Positions 36,720 through 48,226 of a DNA stretch of 64,000 nt are shown here, piece by piece. The notes beneath the pieces are model-generated. The model saw only the letters and a list, made by a program, of their open reading frames with translations. It was not told the origin of the DNA and made no database searches. Within the stretch, counting starts at the first letter, position 1. Every line of letters begins with the position of its first letter. This DNA comes from Amoebophrya sp. A120 (lineage: Eukaryota; Protista; Dinoflagellata): contig CAJINV010000033.1 in NCBI GenBank assembly GCA_905178155.1, forward strand, positions 22,736 through 86,735, read 5' to 3'. A program made the translations under genes and the position numbers.

Positions 36720-39700
36720 GTGGAAGGAAGTAGAGGAAATCATCCTCTCACGACGCGACGTCAACCTCCTGCAACAGAACGACTGCGGCGTGCTTATGTA
36801 GTTGGTGCAGCCATTATTTCTGGTCGTGGCACGGCGGGCGGTAGTAGGAAGACATCTCTACTACAACTACCGCTGCTGCTGTTCCATTTATCACTGAGGA
36901 TGGTGCTCTCCGCGAGGACGTCGACGTTTTCGGCCGGCGCTGCCGGGGCGAGCACCAGCACCGCAGTCGTTGTTACACGACACTTCTGTTCTTCTTGGCT
37001 CCTTCTTTTCTTGTTCTTCGGTGCGCAGAAGATGCTACCATTTGGTGCCAGAGCGACTGTTCGGGACGAAAGAAGAAGTAGCCAAAGCGCCGACGTCGAC
37101 GTGCGGCCCGGCGGGGAAACCACCACGAGTTCGAACGAGGAAGAGGAAGAGCAGAAGCTGCCAAGAATTGGTCACGAGCGGACTACAACAGGAGCCCCAG
37201 CCGCGGCCGATGACTCCTTTGACGATGATGTTGTTCGTCGTGGTGCAGGCGAACAAAAAAGACGGAATAAACCTGCCCGCGGCGCGAGTTCCTACAAAAC
37301 TCCTCTGCAGCCCGAGGAAAATGCGCTCTTCGACGTGGTTCTTGAAGGGAGTGCACCAACTACTTCTAGAAGAGCCACGGCCAATCAGGCCGCCGCGCCA
37401 GCGTCCGGCGGTCGCGCAGCTCTTGAAGTTGGGGCCGCAGGCACTGGAGCAGCCATACCTCCTCCAAGAACAACGGAAGTTGTGGACTTGCTTCTCGAAC
37501 AAGGGCCTGTGGAACAAGATGAAGACCAGGCCGAGGACGTCGCGTCTGAGCAGCCGGAACACGAACAGCAAGAAGTTAACAAGCCAGAACAACACCAAGA
37601 CCGGCCTCTTGAAAAGCATCTTCGCGATCATCTAGTTCATGTTGTTAAAAATAACGACCCGCATCACTGTCCGAACCTACGGGGCGGTAGAACCTCTACA
37701 AGTGATAGCAGTTTAGCAACGTCTTCAAGTAGTAGGGCAGCTGCAGCTGCTTCAAGTTTCTCTACTACTACTGTGGTACAAGTGGAAGAAGTAGTGCAGG
37801 AACAGGTCGATGAAGAAAATAAACCATCGTGGTTCCTCAATTCAACGGGGTCATCACCAATATCATCGGCAGAAGATGAAAATAAAAGCGGAGAATCAGA
37901 ATCTCTTACGTCCTCGACGTCGGACTTTGTACAAAAGACTGCTGGAAGATCCGTTGTGAGGACCACCTCCGACGAGTTCCAGAAGAAGGAAGGAGAAGAA
38001 AAACAACAACACCAAGAAAAAGAACAGCAGCGCACAAGGGTGCAAGTCGGAGACCTGCTAGGATGTGCGTGCAGTGCTGGAGAACCTGCGTTCTCTCTTT
38101 CCGAGGATTTTCTCGACCGGCGGTTTGCGTGGGCTCGTCTCGAGCCTATTTGCAAACCACCGGCCTTCTGCCCCGTATTTGGGCGACCCTACTACGTCCC
38201 GTGGAACGCCCCGCTCTCTCTAGTGGACCAGCTTGGCAAAAGCCCACGCTATTTAAAAGCCAACAAGCGCTTGGTGGGGTCCACGCGGCACAACTTGGTA
38301 GAGCTGCGATATCAACATGATCAAGAAACAGAACCCCCGGGGAGGAGGACGGGCGGCCGCTCGCCTGGTGGTGCTGAAACCGCCACAATCTCGTCACCTC
38401 CGGGAAATAAAGCAGCCACCTTGTTGGGCCGATGCGCAGGCGCTGGCCGCAGCCGCTTATTCTCGAATCTTCTCTACTCCTACAGTCGACCGAGACGTGG
38501 AGCTGTTATCTAAAGAGCTTGACGCCCAGTTCGATGCGGAAGAGCTCGCGAACGCGTACGAGGAGGATGGAATCGACGTTGGCCTGGCCCTGAGGCAGCT
38601 AGAGAACAACCCGCCACCGGGAGCTTTCGTCAGGCCGGTCACCGCGCTCTTTGACTTGGACGAGGTGGAGTCCGACGGAAGAAGGACGGGGCTGCTTGGC
38701 CGCTGGAACTCGCAGACCAATGCGGACCCGTTTTATTGAAAGAAAAAACTGTGTTAGTCTTAGTGTAGGTATTTCAGAAAGTGCGATATTTTTTAATAGC
38801 GAAAGTTCAAGACTTTTTAAAAAGCAGGCATGTCCGGTTTTCTTAATACTGCCTGTGTTGTGGTGCTTGGAATGCAAGTAGCTAGCGGCTGCTTCGGTAA
38901 TAATTGTCTTGAGCTAGTTAAGGATGCAGGACTCATGTTTCTGCTTCGAAACCCGCTGGGCATCGTCGTAGTACTCCTCCATTCCGGCACTTGTTGCGTT
39001 TTCATTTTGAGAAGAGAAAAGTCCGAAGAGTTGAAGGCGGAAAAGATAACTTTATGAGTGTAAGCGCAAAGCTAAGTCTTTAGGTCGCGTTGAAATCGAG
39101 GCACTTTCTCGACCCCCCCTGACCACCCCCCCAGCGCGAAAATGAAAATGGTGCACTCGCAATTTTCTCTTTCCTAATCCCGACCTATAAAAACAAAAAA
39201 GAATGATCAGTGTAAATGGCCATCTTGGGAAAGAGATCCGAATGAGTGTAGTGCAATTTCTGGAGGTCCTTTTGACCCCCCCAAGGAGAAGAGTTTCTCT
39301 GCTACACTCGTCGTTTTCCCTTTTCCGGGATGTGGCCTACACTTTCACTGTTCTGTTTTCCCTGCCCGAATTGCAGTCAACGCCATTCGCGCGCGGGTTC
39401 TGGAACTTTCGGCCTCCTTATACTTTCAGCGTTCGGGCTTCTGGAGTCCTGCCTCCTTAACTATTCACATATACCGAAGCAGCCGTAGCTAGTTTTGACT
39501 ACATAAATTCGCCTTATAAACGTCAACACATGATACCAGGTCGGGCATTGCGCCACAGCTTGAGAGTTTTTTAGTTTTGCACATCAAAAAAAGTAGTGAT
39601 TTTTGCAACACCTACACTAACGCAGTTTTTTCTTTCAATATGTTTCTCCTCCGCTTCACTCCAGACCTCGACGTCCCGCACGCGCGGTACAACATGTCCA

Positions 39701-41104
39701 GTTAGGGCGGAAAAATCGGCAAATATCATCATTTTTGCAAGCGCACTTGTTTGGGGGGTAAAAAAAGGTTTTTTGTCGGGGGCGGAACATCTTGGAAGCC
39801 GACACGCCTCGCGTGTCACTTCATCTTTTCCACAGGAAACATGATAGCTGAGCTTCGGAGATGCCGCAACACCAAGACCAGAAGCAGGCCACAGTGCCTT
39901 CGCTCTGTGCGTTGTCGCTCAGATGGCCGGACGCTGTGTCGTGGGCCCGCTCTTCGAACAGTGGCCGGGCCGCCTCCCTGACCGGGGCTCGACGAGGCCC
40001 TTCGCCCGGAGAAGGAGGCCCGGCCAGGGGAGGTGGTCAGGGGGGTGCATTTTTGCCCCTCCCGGACACCCCTTCCGGGCACCCCCTTCAGGCAGCTTTG
40101 GGGTAGCCTATGCCGACCCCCTCATCCCCATTGGAAACTGCCGATTTTGCGTGCCCAAAAAAGGTAGCCCAGAGGCAGCCCAAGCCGACCCCCCTACTCC
40201 CCCCCCTTCGGCACCCCCCCGGAAGCACTCGACTGCTGGCGCGTCCGCCTTCTCCATATCCGGTCGGAGAGGGAGGATGAGAAGATATGTGGGCGCGTCC
40301 GGAATTGAATGCAGGACATTGGGTGCGGCATCCCGCGCCAGAGGGCCGCAGGCGGGTGGAGCTTCAACAAAGTCCGGCGGTTTTATTGGAAAAAGGGGAG
40401 GGCCGGATGGCGGACCGTAACACCGAAGTGCGGCGCCAACATCTAAATGGCCAACAGGAAAAAAAGCAGTACCTACACCCCCAACAGCCAGAATCTTTTT
40501 ACCCCCCCAAAAAGTGCGCTTGCAAAAATGATGACATTTGCCGATTTTTCCGCCCTAATCCAGAGTCACGCACTATTGAGAGGAAAAGTCATTCCCCCTC
40601 CCCATATCAAACCGGAAATCTGTGATGCGGGAGCGGGATTTGAGTACACAAATTCACATCAGATTTGTCTTGCAGTAGAGGACGGCACGCAGATCGTGAG
40701 CCTAGGTAGGGGCCTTTTGCTGGTGTAGGCGCCTCGCATGGTAGACGTCTGCACTGTAGGCCTTACAGCATTACAAAGCGCCTGCATAACGTGGCGGACT
40801 CTCTGAATTTGCCTGCTTGCAAGACAGGCAGCAGGATTTGCGACCTCAAATCTGCATCCCAGATTTTCAGCGGGATATGTTTTCAATATGGGGAGGGGAG
40901 ATTTTTCCTTGCAATAACAACATGTCCAGAGTCATGCACGCCTCGGAGTTGTTCTTGATGAACCCGCACGGCACAAAATCTACAACACCTGCTCCCGCAG
41001 CGGAAGCGGCGCACTCTGGAATTTCATACGTGTTTGATTCAGCACGTGATTTTTTCTCTTGGGGGTCGAAGGCCGAATTTGATGAATTGCTATGCTTGAG
41101 GTGA
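36720..41104 (+). CDS. Hypothetical membrane/secreted protein, multi-exon; internal frame switch near 38300-38500; 3' end uncertain and may extend to ~42250
   Basis: 597-aa ORF with N-terminal hydrophobic stretches overlaps a second ORF (38317-38739). The second ORF joins in frame to 39646-39701 and 40917-41104 after introner removal (ADPF-LLRFTPDLDVPHARYNMSRVMHASELF). Confidence 0.45.
38734..39640. mobile_element. Long family-D TIR element/introner (907 bp)
   Basis: TATTGAAAGAAAAAACTGTGTTAGT...ACTAACGCAGTTTTTTCTTTCAATA; TSD CGTTT/TGTTT; frame restored; no recognisable transposase ORF. Confidence 0.85.
39702..40558. mobile_element. TIR element with TTAGGG...CCCTAA ends (857 bp, ~60-bp TIRs)
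   Basis: TTAGGGCGGAAAAATCGGCAAATATCATCATTTTTGCAAGCGCACTT versus AAGTGCGCTTGCAAAAATGATGACATTTGCCGATTTTTCCGCCCTAA; perfect TSD TCCAG (39697-39701, 40559-40563). Confidence 0.9.
40574..40916. mobile_element. Introner element, family A2 (343 bp), flanked by a 23-bp direct repeat
   Basis: Inverted homolog of 1628-1956. Right flank ACAACATGTCCAGAGTCATGCAC (40917-40939) matches the split left flank 39689-39701 plus 40564-40573. Confidence 0.88.
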
Positions 41105-41223
41105 TTTCTCTAAAGAGTTCACTACTCAGAGTATTGGACTTTGCGACTGCTGCAGATCGAGCTGTCTTCGAAGCACCGCCACGGCTCCGGTGGCTTTGTC
41201 TTCTCTCGTGTGAAGGGTACATG

Positions 41224-41495
41224 TATGGATTGCAGATACTTTGTCTGGGTCTGGAAGTATGGGCGAGTTTGTCGTGCGTCTCGCGGACCAGGACGGCGCA
41301 TATGGTCTGGAATGCACACAGAAGCATCATAGATTCTGCGAGACCTTCTTGCTGTCTAATATCCTGCATGAGAAATTCGTCCTTAGCAATTTTTGGCGGC
41401 GTTCATGAGCACAGGGTTTTTGTTTATCGTTGACACTTGTTCTCATACCAAGCTGCATGATCCTTTCAGACATCCAGAGACTTTTCCACTTGATA
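41224..41495. mobile_element. Degenerate family-C element
   Basis: TATGGATTGCAGATACTTTGTCTGGGTCTGGAAG left end; interior is an inverted homolog of 24122-24389; right TIR and TSD eroded. Confidence 0.65.
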
Positions 41496-41564
41496 ATGTG
41501 TACGACTACGTGAACGGGCAGGTCGCCCCCGCGTAATTCGCGAACCCGAACGGTGACGTTGTCA

Positions 41565-41874
41565 TATGCATTGCAAATATGCCTGGGTCTGGATTTGTGA
41601 TACGAAAGTTGCGCCGTGGCGCCACGATCTGTATTGCATGAAGGGAACAAGTGGCCAGTTTTTTTGTTGTGCAGGAAGGTGGTAGTTTGTAATGCCAAAT
41701 ACGAATGAACTCGCATTAAGACCCGAAAAACTTCTTGCGGCGCGTTTATGCCGTGCAAAAGGCTGCGTTGATGTAATGCCAGACTCAGCATGTGCATGAC
41801 AATGACTTTGACTTACTTTCAAATTCAAATTTATATCCAAGCAGACCGAGACCCTGGCGTCCTTGCAATGCATA
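41565..41874. mobile_element. Degenerate family-C element
   Basis: TATGCATTGCAAATATGCCTGGGTCTGG...TTGCAATGCATA; no clean TSD. Confidence 0.6.
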
Positions 41875-41915
41875 CGCTCTTGATTCCTTTCACCGAATGC
41901 TTTTCCGGGTACGTT

Positions 41916-42175
41916 TATCCAAGGAAAAAGATTTTTGATAGTGTGACTGTAGTGAGTCTGTGATGCCTGCGCACCATAGAAGATATTTGCGTCTGTAATC
42001 CATCTCCATCTGCATGCAAATGCGTTTTATTCACATAACAAGTACAACTTACTATCTGCGCATGACAGGAGGCTTTTGCTGTCATAAAAAAAAACAAATT
42101 TCTTTCTGTTCACTGTTAGTTTTACTTTTCCCCAAAAAGAGAAAATACTAAGAGACACACTTTCTTTCTGGCATA
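41916..42175. mobile_element. Degenerate family-D-like element
   Basis: TATCCAAGGAAAAAG...TTTCTTTCTGGCATA; internal TGTGATGC and GCATGACA; TSD eroded. Confidence 0.4.
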
Positions 42176-43880
42176 ACAGGCCGCGCTCGTGCGGTACGCC
42201 GAAGATCCTGACTCTCCCGGCGCCGTCTCCTATGGCCAGGCCAGGTGTTACAATCTCAATTGTTTATATATGAATAAAGATGTGGATTATTTTTATTTCG
42301 GTTTTATATTGCGTGAACCACACGAGGAAGTGCGAAAAGCGCGACGCTTTCCATCTTACTGGAAGATAGGAAGCGACGCGTTTTTCGCAATACTTACAAC
42401 AAATTGTGTCAGATAAAAAGTCTAGTGCGCTTGTAAGCTGCGAAGCTTGCCATGCGCAACATTATTCCTGCGGTGATAGGCCAGATTAATCAGCAGCACC
42501 AGCATTTGCATCACCATCACGAATTTTCGCTTTACTCATGGCAACGTTTTCTGATATTGTAAGCGGGGTACATCTCCAAAGTTGGCTTTTTTGGCGACCC
42601 AGACGCGGTGGCGGAAGTCCTACACACTCGGCCACCCGAAAGTGCTACACGCTCGGCTACCCCCTGAGGATTGATTTCATATCTGCCAAGTCTGCATGGA
42701 GTTTGCACGAAATAAAGGGCGTCTTGAGTGACAACATGATAGATGTGTTTTGCGTAGCATGAAGCTGGAGGTGGAGCTGCTGCTTCAAGAATCGATGAAC
42801 AACTACAATCCAGCACTTATCGAAACTTCTCTAGAAGTAGTCGTGGATGAATGTTTTTCGATTTCAACAGTACCGATCATGAAGTTTGCATTCTTGGAGC
42901 TGGAGCGCAGTTTTTGAGAGAGTGAAGATTCGCTGCGTCGACTGGCAAAGTTGACATGTTGAGCAGAGGCCATCGTGCCGGAGGGAGTTGAGAAGGGGAA
43001 GAATGAGAATCAAGAGTCGAGAAATATTTATACGAAATGCCGTCCTTCCGCGTCGATTGATCTCGTCGATTTTCCAGCGTCTGTGTCGTGGCAGATATGT
43101 CCGAAAAAGTGCTGCTGCTACCTACTTTGATTATAGCCAAGGAATTTAGAAGAAGGTCGATTTAATTTGGATTACAAGGTCGTGTAGTGGTTGTGGTGTT
43201 GAAAAGACGAGACAGATGCAGATCAGGAGTAAAAGCCGCTAATATCCGAGTGCGAGCGATAAAAGTTAACCTTTCATCACTTTCTCCTACTTGAATTTGA
43301 AGAAATTCAGCCTTCATCCAACCATTATCCACTGCAAAAGCATCGCATAATTGGTAAAGTGTTGCCGGAAAAATGAAAATACATGCACAGATGAGAGACG
43401 TCTTTTCTTACCTGCACCTGCTGAATGAATTTGGCATGCAATTGATACCAGTGTGATGCAGCTTTTGCAATGCATAAGCGTGGACGGGTTTCTAGATGTC
43501 ACGGAGCTCGAAGACTACGTTCTCGGAACATATCGACTGCAAATATCGAAGATCTGGCTCCTGCTTTGGAATCAAGTCGTCATGCTAGTAGTATAGTACT
43601 ACGAGTGACACTGACAGACAAACTGCATTACTTAAGCGGCCGAGCATGACAAATGAAAAACTATTGAGCGTAGAAATGCCTTAGAATGCGGATGAGAAGT
43701 GTCGTTTTTGCATCACAAAGAAGCAGCGCTTCGATTTTTGGACGTCCGCGGTCTGCATCATTTTTACACGAAGTTCATCTACTTGTACTTTCGGACTTCT
43801 TGTTCTGCATTCGAAATCGAATTCAGTGCCGCATCACGACGAGTTTTGCGAAAACCATCGTGTTTCACACAAGGAGTCAG

Positions 43881-46800
43881 ATGAAGAATATTATTTGCAG
43901 TGTTGATACTAGAGCAGTTTCTACAGCCACGAGAACGTCTACTCCGTCGAGTACGACTACAGTAGGGGCTTCTTGTGAAGAGAGCAGCAGCAGGACGGTG
44001 TCGCGCAGTGCGGGCACTACTCCTACATCTTCTGCCGGTGGCTCCAGCTCCACGACCAGTGCTGCTTCGCGAGCAATTCGGACGTTGTCGTCAAGTTATG
44101 CACCTTCCGTCTCCCTTGGTTCGTCAACTTCCAACATGACTGTGCCCGTTGTGACCTACACCAGTCGCCGGCTGCCGCTGTTCGACCTGTGGCGCAGTGT
44201 CGGGATTTTCTTCCTTGTCATCCTCTGTGGAGTCACAATCACGGTATTAAGCCTAGGCTGTGCCATATATTTGTTTCTGCTTTCACCATTCATTGTTTGC
44301 TTACTATGTGCTGGTAGGGCTGCCGTTTATTTGATGATGGCATAAGGAATTCTTTCTACTCTAGACTTTCGCTTGTTTCAGTTTCTTTTTCCGAACAAAT
44401 TTGTTACGTATGTACTGAGTCTTAGTAGTAGTAGTTCCACGGAAGATCTTCTGTTCGGCTACCAAGAATTCTTTGTGTTGTCTCGTCCAGTAAGAAAGAC
44501 AAAGAACACAATGATCAAACTCTACAAAAATCGCACAGTGGCAGCATCTGACCTCCTCTCTGCTACCTGCGTCGCCAAAATCGTCCCCCGATCAAACAAA
44601 TCCGCTGGACGAGGTTCGTGGGAACAAACTGACCACGACATTATCCTACAGCAAAACGTTCCTGCCCTAGTAGAGTCAAGATGGAGACTTTGCAACGCAA
44701 ACCATGAGGCTTTGGCTGTTGCGCATGACAAGTTCTTTGGGCTCGTAGTGTAATAATCCTGTTTCGCTAGTGCAGCCGCGGCGTGAGCAATCTGCGATCT
44801 CATTCTGATGCTAGCATCACAAACTTCCAGCTACCATAATAGTAAGAATTGCGTGTCACGTTGGCTGCGCACGAGAAACTTTCTAGGCCTGCAGATTTGC
44901 ATTACAATTGTGGGGTGGGAGCGTTTTTCCGCAGAATACACACCGCCCCGGAGTCTCGCGTTCGACGACGACTGGCTGCAGTTAAAGGGGGAAAACACGT
45001 TTTTGCAACTGAAGGAACTGCAGCAAGAGCAACTGGGACAAGGGATGACCAAGATGGACAAGAAGCACACGGTCGTGATGAAAACGGGAGAAGATAAATC
45101 GCACCAGAACAAGAAATATCAAATGCAAAAATGTCTGGGTCTGGAAGAGAGTAAACTTGTCATGCGGTTTTTCATGACCCAGGAGGTCTGGAATGCGGGA
45201 CCTAGCATGACAGAGTCTGAGAGGTTTCTGCCATGCCTATCCTGCATGAGAAACTTCCTCCAAACTTGGTCGAAGTTGGACAGCTTTTGGCACTCATGCA
45301 ACACAGATTTCTGCGTGATTCGATTTTAGCATGACAAGTTCCAACCTTCCAGACCCAGACATTTTTACATTTGATAAGAAAGTGGAACAAGGAGCAAGCG
45401 CAGCAAAGAAATCATCCACAACCTTCACCCAGGAACAGCAGGTGGCCGCACCCAAGCACGCCGCCAAGGGAAAACCGAAGGGGAAAGCGAAGGAGCCTCA
45501 CCCGGAACCAGAAGAATCGGAGGAGGAAGGATCGCCCGAGGATGGCGAGAAGGAATATGAAAAGTGTAAATCCAAATTCTTGTTATTTGTCTTGGTCGCT
45601 GCAAAATAAGTAGACGGAGTGTTGCAAAAATGCTTGATGACTGTCATGAAACATCAAGTGAAACGTCGCTACACGACTTTGTAAGCAGGCATGTCGCACT
45701 ACGAGGACGAGGACGAACTATCGCTGTGTCTATGTTCAGGTACTACAGCTTTTTTTCCCAGTACCATGATTATACATGTTGATCCGTCTACACACGGCAC
45801 CATACGACCCTGACACAAATTGGAATTTTTGTGAGCGACACATAGGAGAAGGAGAAACACGACGAAGATGAAGAGAAGGAGGATGGTGAGGGGCCAACGA
45901 CCGAGCCGCCGCTGGATGACGGCAAGATGACGCTGTACGTGATCATCGGCATTCTGCTTTTCTGCCTGCTGGTCACGCTCGGCTTGCTGGCGTACAAGTT
46001 TTCCCAGACCACCACCAGTGCGGGGTACGGGCGCGCGAGCAAGGGCGGCAAGAAAGGCGGCAAAGGCGGCAAGACGATGGGCGGCGGAGTATCAAGAAGA
46101 AAATTCCCCCCTCCCCATATCAAAACGGAAATCTGTAGTGATGCAGATTCGTGGGAAAGCCTTGCACCTTCAGCATGGCAGGAGGCAGCTGGAAGTGGGA
46201 AACTGCATGACAAGTTGCCTGCAACCAAGGCCACAACTGCGGCTCTTGGCCTTCTAGCATTACAAGCCGACTCGTGTACTCAAATACAACAGCATCACAA
46301 ATTTCGTTTTCGATAGGTGGAGGAGGGATTTTTTCTTTCGATACGGAGGAAAGGGGAAGGGCAAAATGCCAGAAGAAGACCCGTTCGCCGACGACGACGA
46401 GAACGCCGGAATGATATCAAATGCAAATATGTCTGGGTCTGGAAGAATGCTGATGTTTGTCATGCTGTTTTTGCATGACAGAAAATGTCTGTCATGGAAG
46501 CCCTAGCATCACAGATTTGGATTTCGAGAAGCTTCCGCATTGCTTAATCCGCATGACAAATCCCCCATTTTGGTGACAGGAAATGGGCACCTTTTGCTGC
46601 CTATGCATGATAATTTTTTGGTGTTGTGAAATGCGCATCACAAGTTCGCATCCTTCCAGACCCAGACATATTTGCAATGCATAAATGATGGACGACTACA
46701 ACGATGACGGCCCCGGTATGGGATAATTCTCAACTGTTACATTCTCAACCGTTCCATGAATTTGCGATGCGAGAATGTTGGCAAAACAAGGCAAGTAAGC

Positions 46801-47047
46801 AAGAGGGGGAAGATTGCGCGTTTTGCATAATACAGGTTTGGCGCAGATTTTAATGCTAAGCATCGAGCAGTTGCAGTTCGAGAACTTGCCATGCGAAGCA
46901 GCTTGATCATGCCCTAGGTACCGATGGCAATTTTGCATGACAGCTTTATATCGTAAGCAAATTGAGAGTGTAACGCTTGAGAATCCCTCCATAGCCGGGG
47001 GCTACAGCGCCGGCGCGGGGTACGGGGACGACCAAAACTACTACTAA
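43881..47047 (+). CDS. Hypothetical membrane protein with two hydrophobic segments and a Gly/Lys-rich then acidic Tyr-containing tail; 7 introns, 5 of them introners
   Basis: GT-AG intron 44244-44538 joins GVTIT-WQHLTS. Introner excisions join to ...MTLYVIIGILLFCLLVTLGLLAYKF...GGGGKGKGKMPEEDPFADDDENAGMMDDYNDDGPGGYSAGAGYGDDQNYY*. Start could be 43686. Intron ~45565-45845 is unresolved. Confidence 0.6.
44642..44938. mobile_element. Older family-E introner (297 bp)
   Basis: TATCCTACAGCAAAACGTTCC...AGTCAAGATGG resembles 26832-27116; TSD GACAT/CACAC; frame restored. Confidence 0.7.
45117..45376. mobile_element. Introner element, family C (260 bp)
   Basis: Perfect TSD AGAAA; frame restored (QNKK-VEQG); close to 52518-52779. 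Confidence 0.93.
46090..46343. mobile_element. Introner element, family A1 deletion derivative (254 bp)
   Basis: Perfect TSD CGGAG; interior matches 584-904 minus ~60 bp. Confidence 0.9.
46415..46683. mobile_element. Introner element, family C (269 bp)
   Basis: Perfect TSD AATGA; TIR core ATATGTCTGGGTCTGGAAG; interior related to 7589-7852. Confidence 0.92.
46717..46993. mobile_element. Introner element, family G (277 bp)
   Basis: TATGGGATAATTCTCAACTGTTACATTCTCAA versus TTGAGAGTGTAACGCTTGAGAATCCCTCCATA; TSD CCCGG/GCCGG; frame continues to the stop at 47045-47047. Confidence 0.82.
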
Positions 47048-48226
47048 AAAGGACCTGCGGGTAGAAGATAGTTCTTGCCGAACAAAGGCAAGAGGGATGA
47101 GCATTTTAATGTTCTGTCGGAGAACACAAAGACAAACCACTGCTTAGTACAGTGAAACAATAGAACAATACGACAGAGTAGAAGAAGTACTTATTTGCGC
47201 CAACTGTGCCGTCCAGCCTTGTTCAGACACAGAAGAGACGAACAAGAATTTTACACTAAACAAGAGAAGAACATCATCGAGTGCAACCAGCACACTCGAG
47301 CGAGAGACGCTATTCCGAGAACCATTTGTGAAATTGAAAAAATTAAGATGAATGTACAACAAAAGCAAAGTGAGATTGAGTCTTGTTTCTATTGTATGAT
47401 TGAGTTTTTACTCATTTATTCAGGTAGTTTCTGTAGTGTACCAACCTAGTTCGAGAACGAGTTGAACCTATATCCATCTAAACGTCAGGTTGTTGCGTGT
47501 GTTTCACACTGTTTCACTGTACCTTAAAGTTTCTTCACGCAAAAAAGTGAAGTTAAATAAAGTTGAGAAACAAATCGACTATGCAGCTCCACGTACCTGC
47601 AAATGAAATTTGAATTTGTGCACAAAAAAGGAAAGTTGTACGATGAAAAAAAACAGAATACGCGAGTGAGTACACGTAACACGCTGCGTCTTTGGCCGCG
47701 TGCATCAGTTTGTTCCTCCGTAGAAACTGTTTTCCTGAGTCACTTGTGGGTCGTCCTCTCGAGGTCGTCATATTCTGTGTCGCAAATAAAGTTTTCCAAA
47801 GTTATTTTCCCTGCGGTCCACACCTCGCTCATGATAGATGATCCATAATTAGAAATAAGGCTTCGTGGATTTGTTTTCATCGTCAATCGTTGAATCATAG
47901 TCGTGAGTCGTATTTTCGTAAATCCTCGTATTCGGAGGAAAAAGGAGGGTCGTCGTCGTAAACTCGTAGTTCCACCGTCGACCCAAGAACTGTATTGACG
48001 AGGACAACGAACATGCAAGTGTTGATGCGTCTCATGTCTCCCAAAGCCTTCGGGAATTTCAACGTGTCTCTCGTGCGTTAATTACTGCCATAGAAACTAC
48101 GCGAAGAAGGTCGTACAGTGCCAGGAGGTTTACTACGAGTGCGTTTTTTTGCAAATAAGTAACATAATAAATTTGTCGCGCTTCGCCTTCGTTCCACTTG
48201 CACAAGTACTTACTACGCACAAGAAA

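Noticed and set aside
39483-39500. CCGTAGCTAGTTTTGACT resembling the dinoflagellate spliced leader (CCGTAGCCATTTTGGCTCAAG)
   Set aside because: It has several mismatches, lacks the CAAG end and lies inside a transposon rather than a 5' UTR, so it is compatible with chance.
39703-40557. Classification as a hAT MITE (TAGGG ends) or an interstitial telomere
   Set aside because: No 8-bp TSD exists in that register (TGTCCAGT versus ATCCAGAG), and there is only one TTAGGG unit per end.
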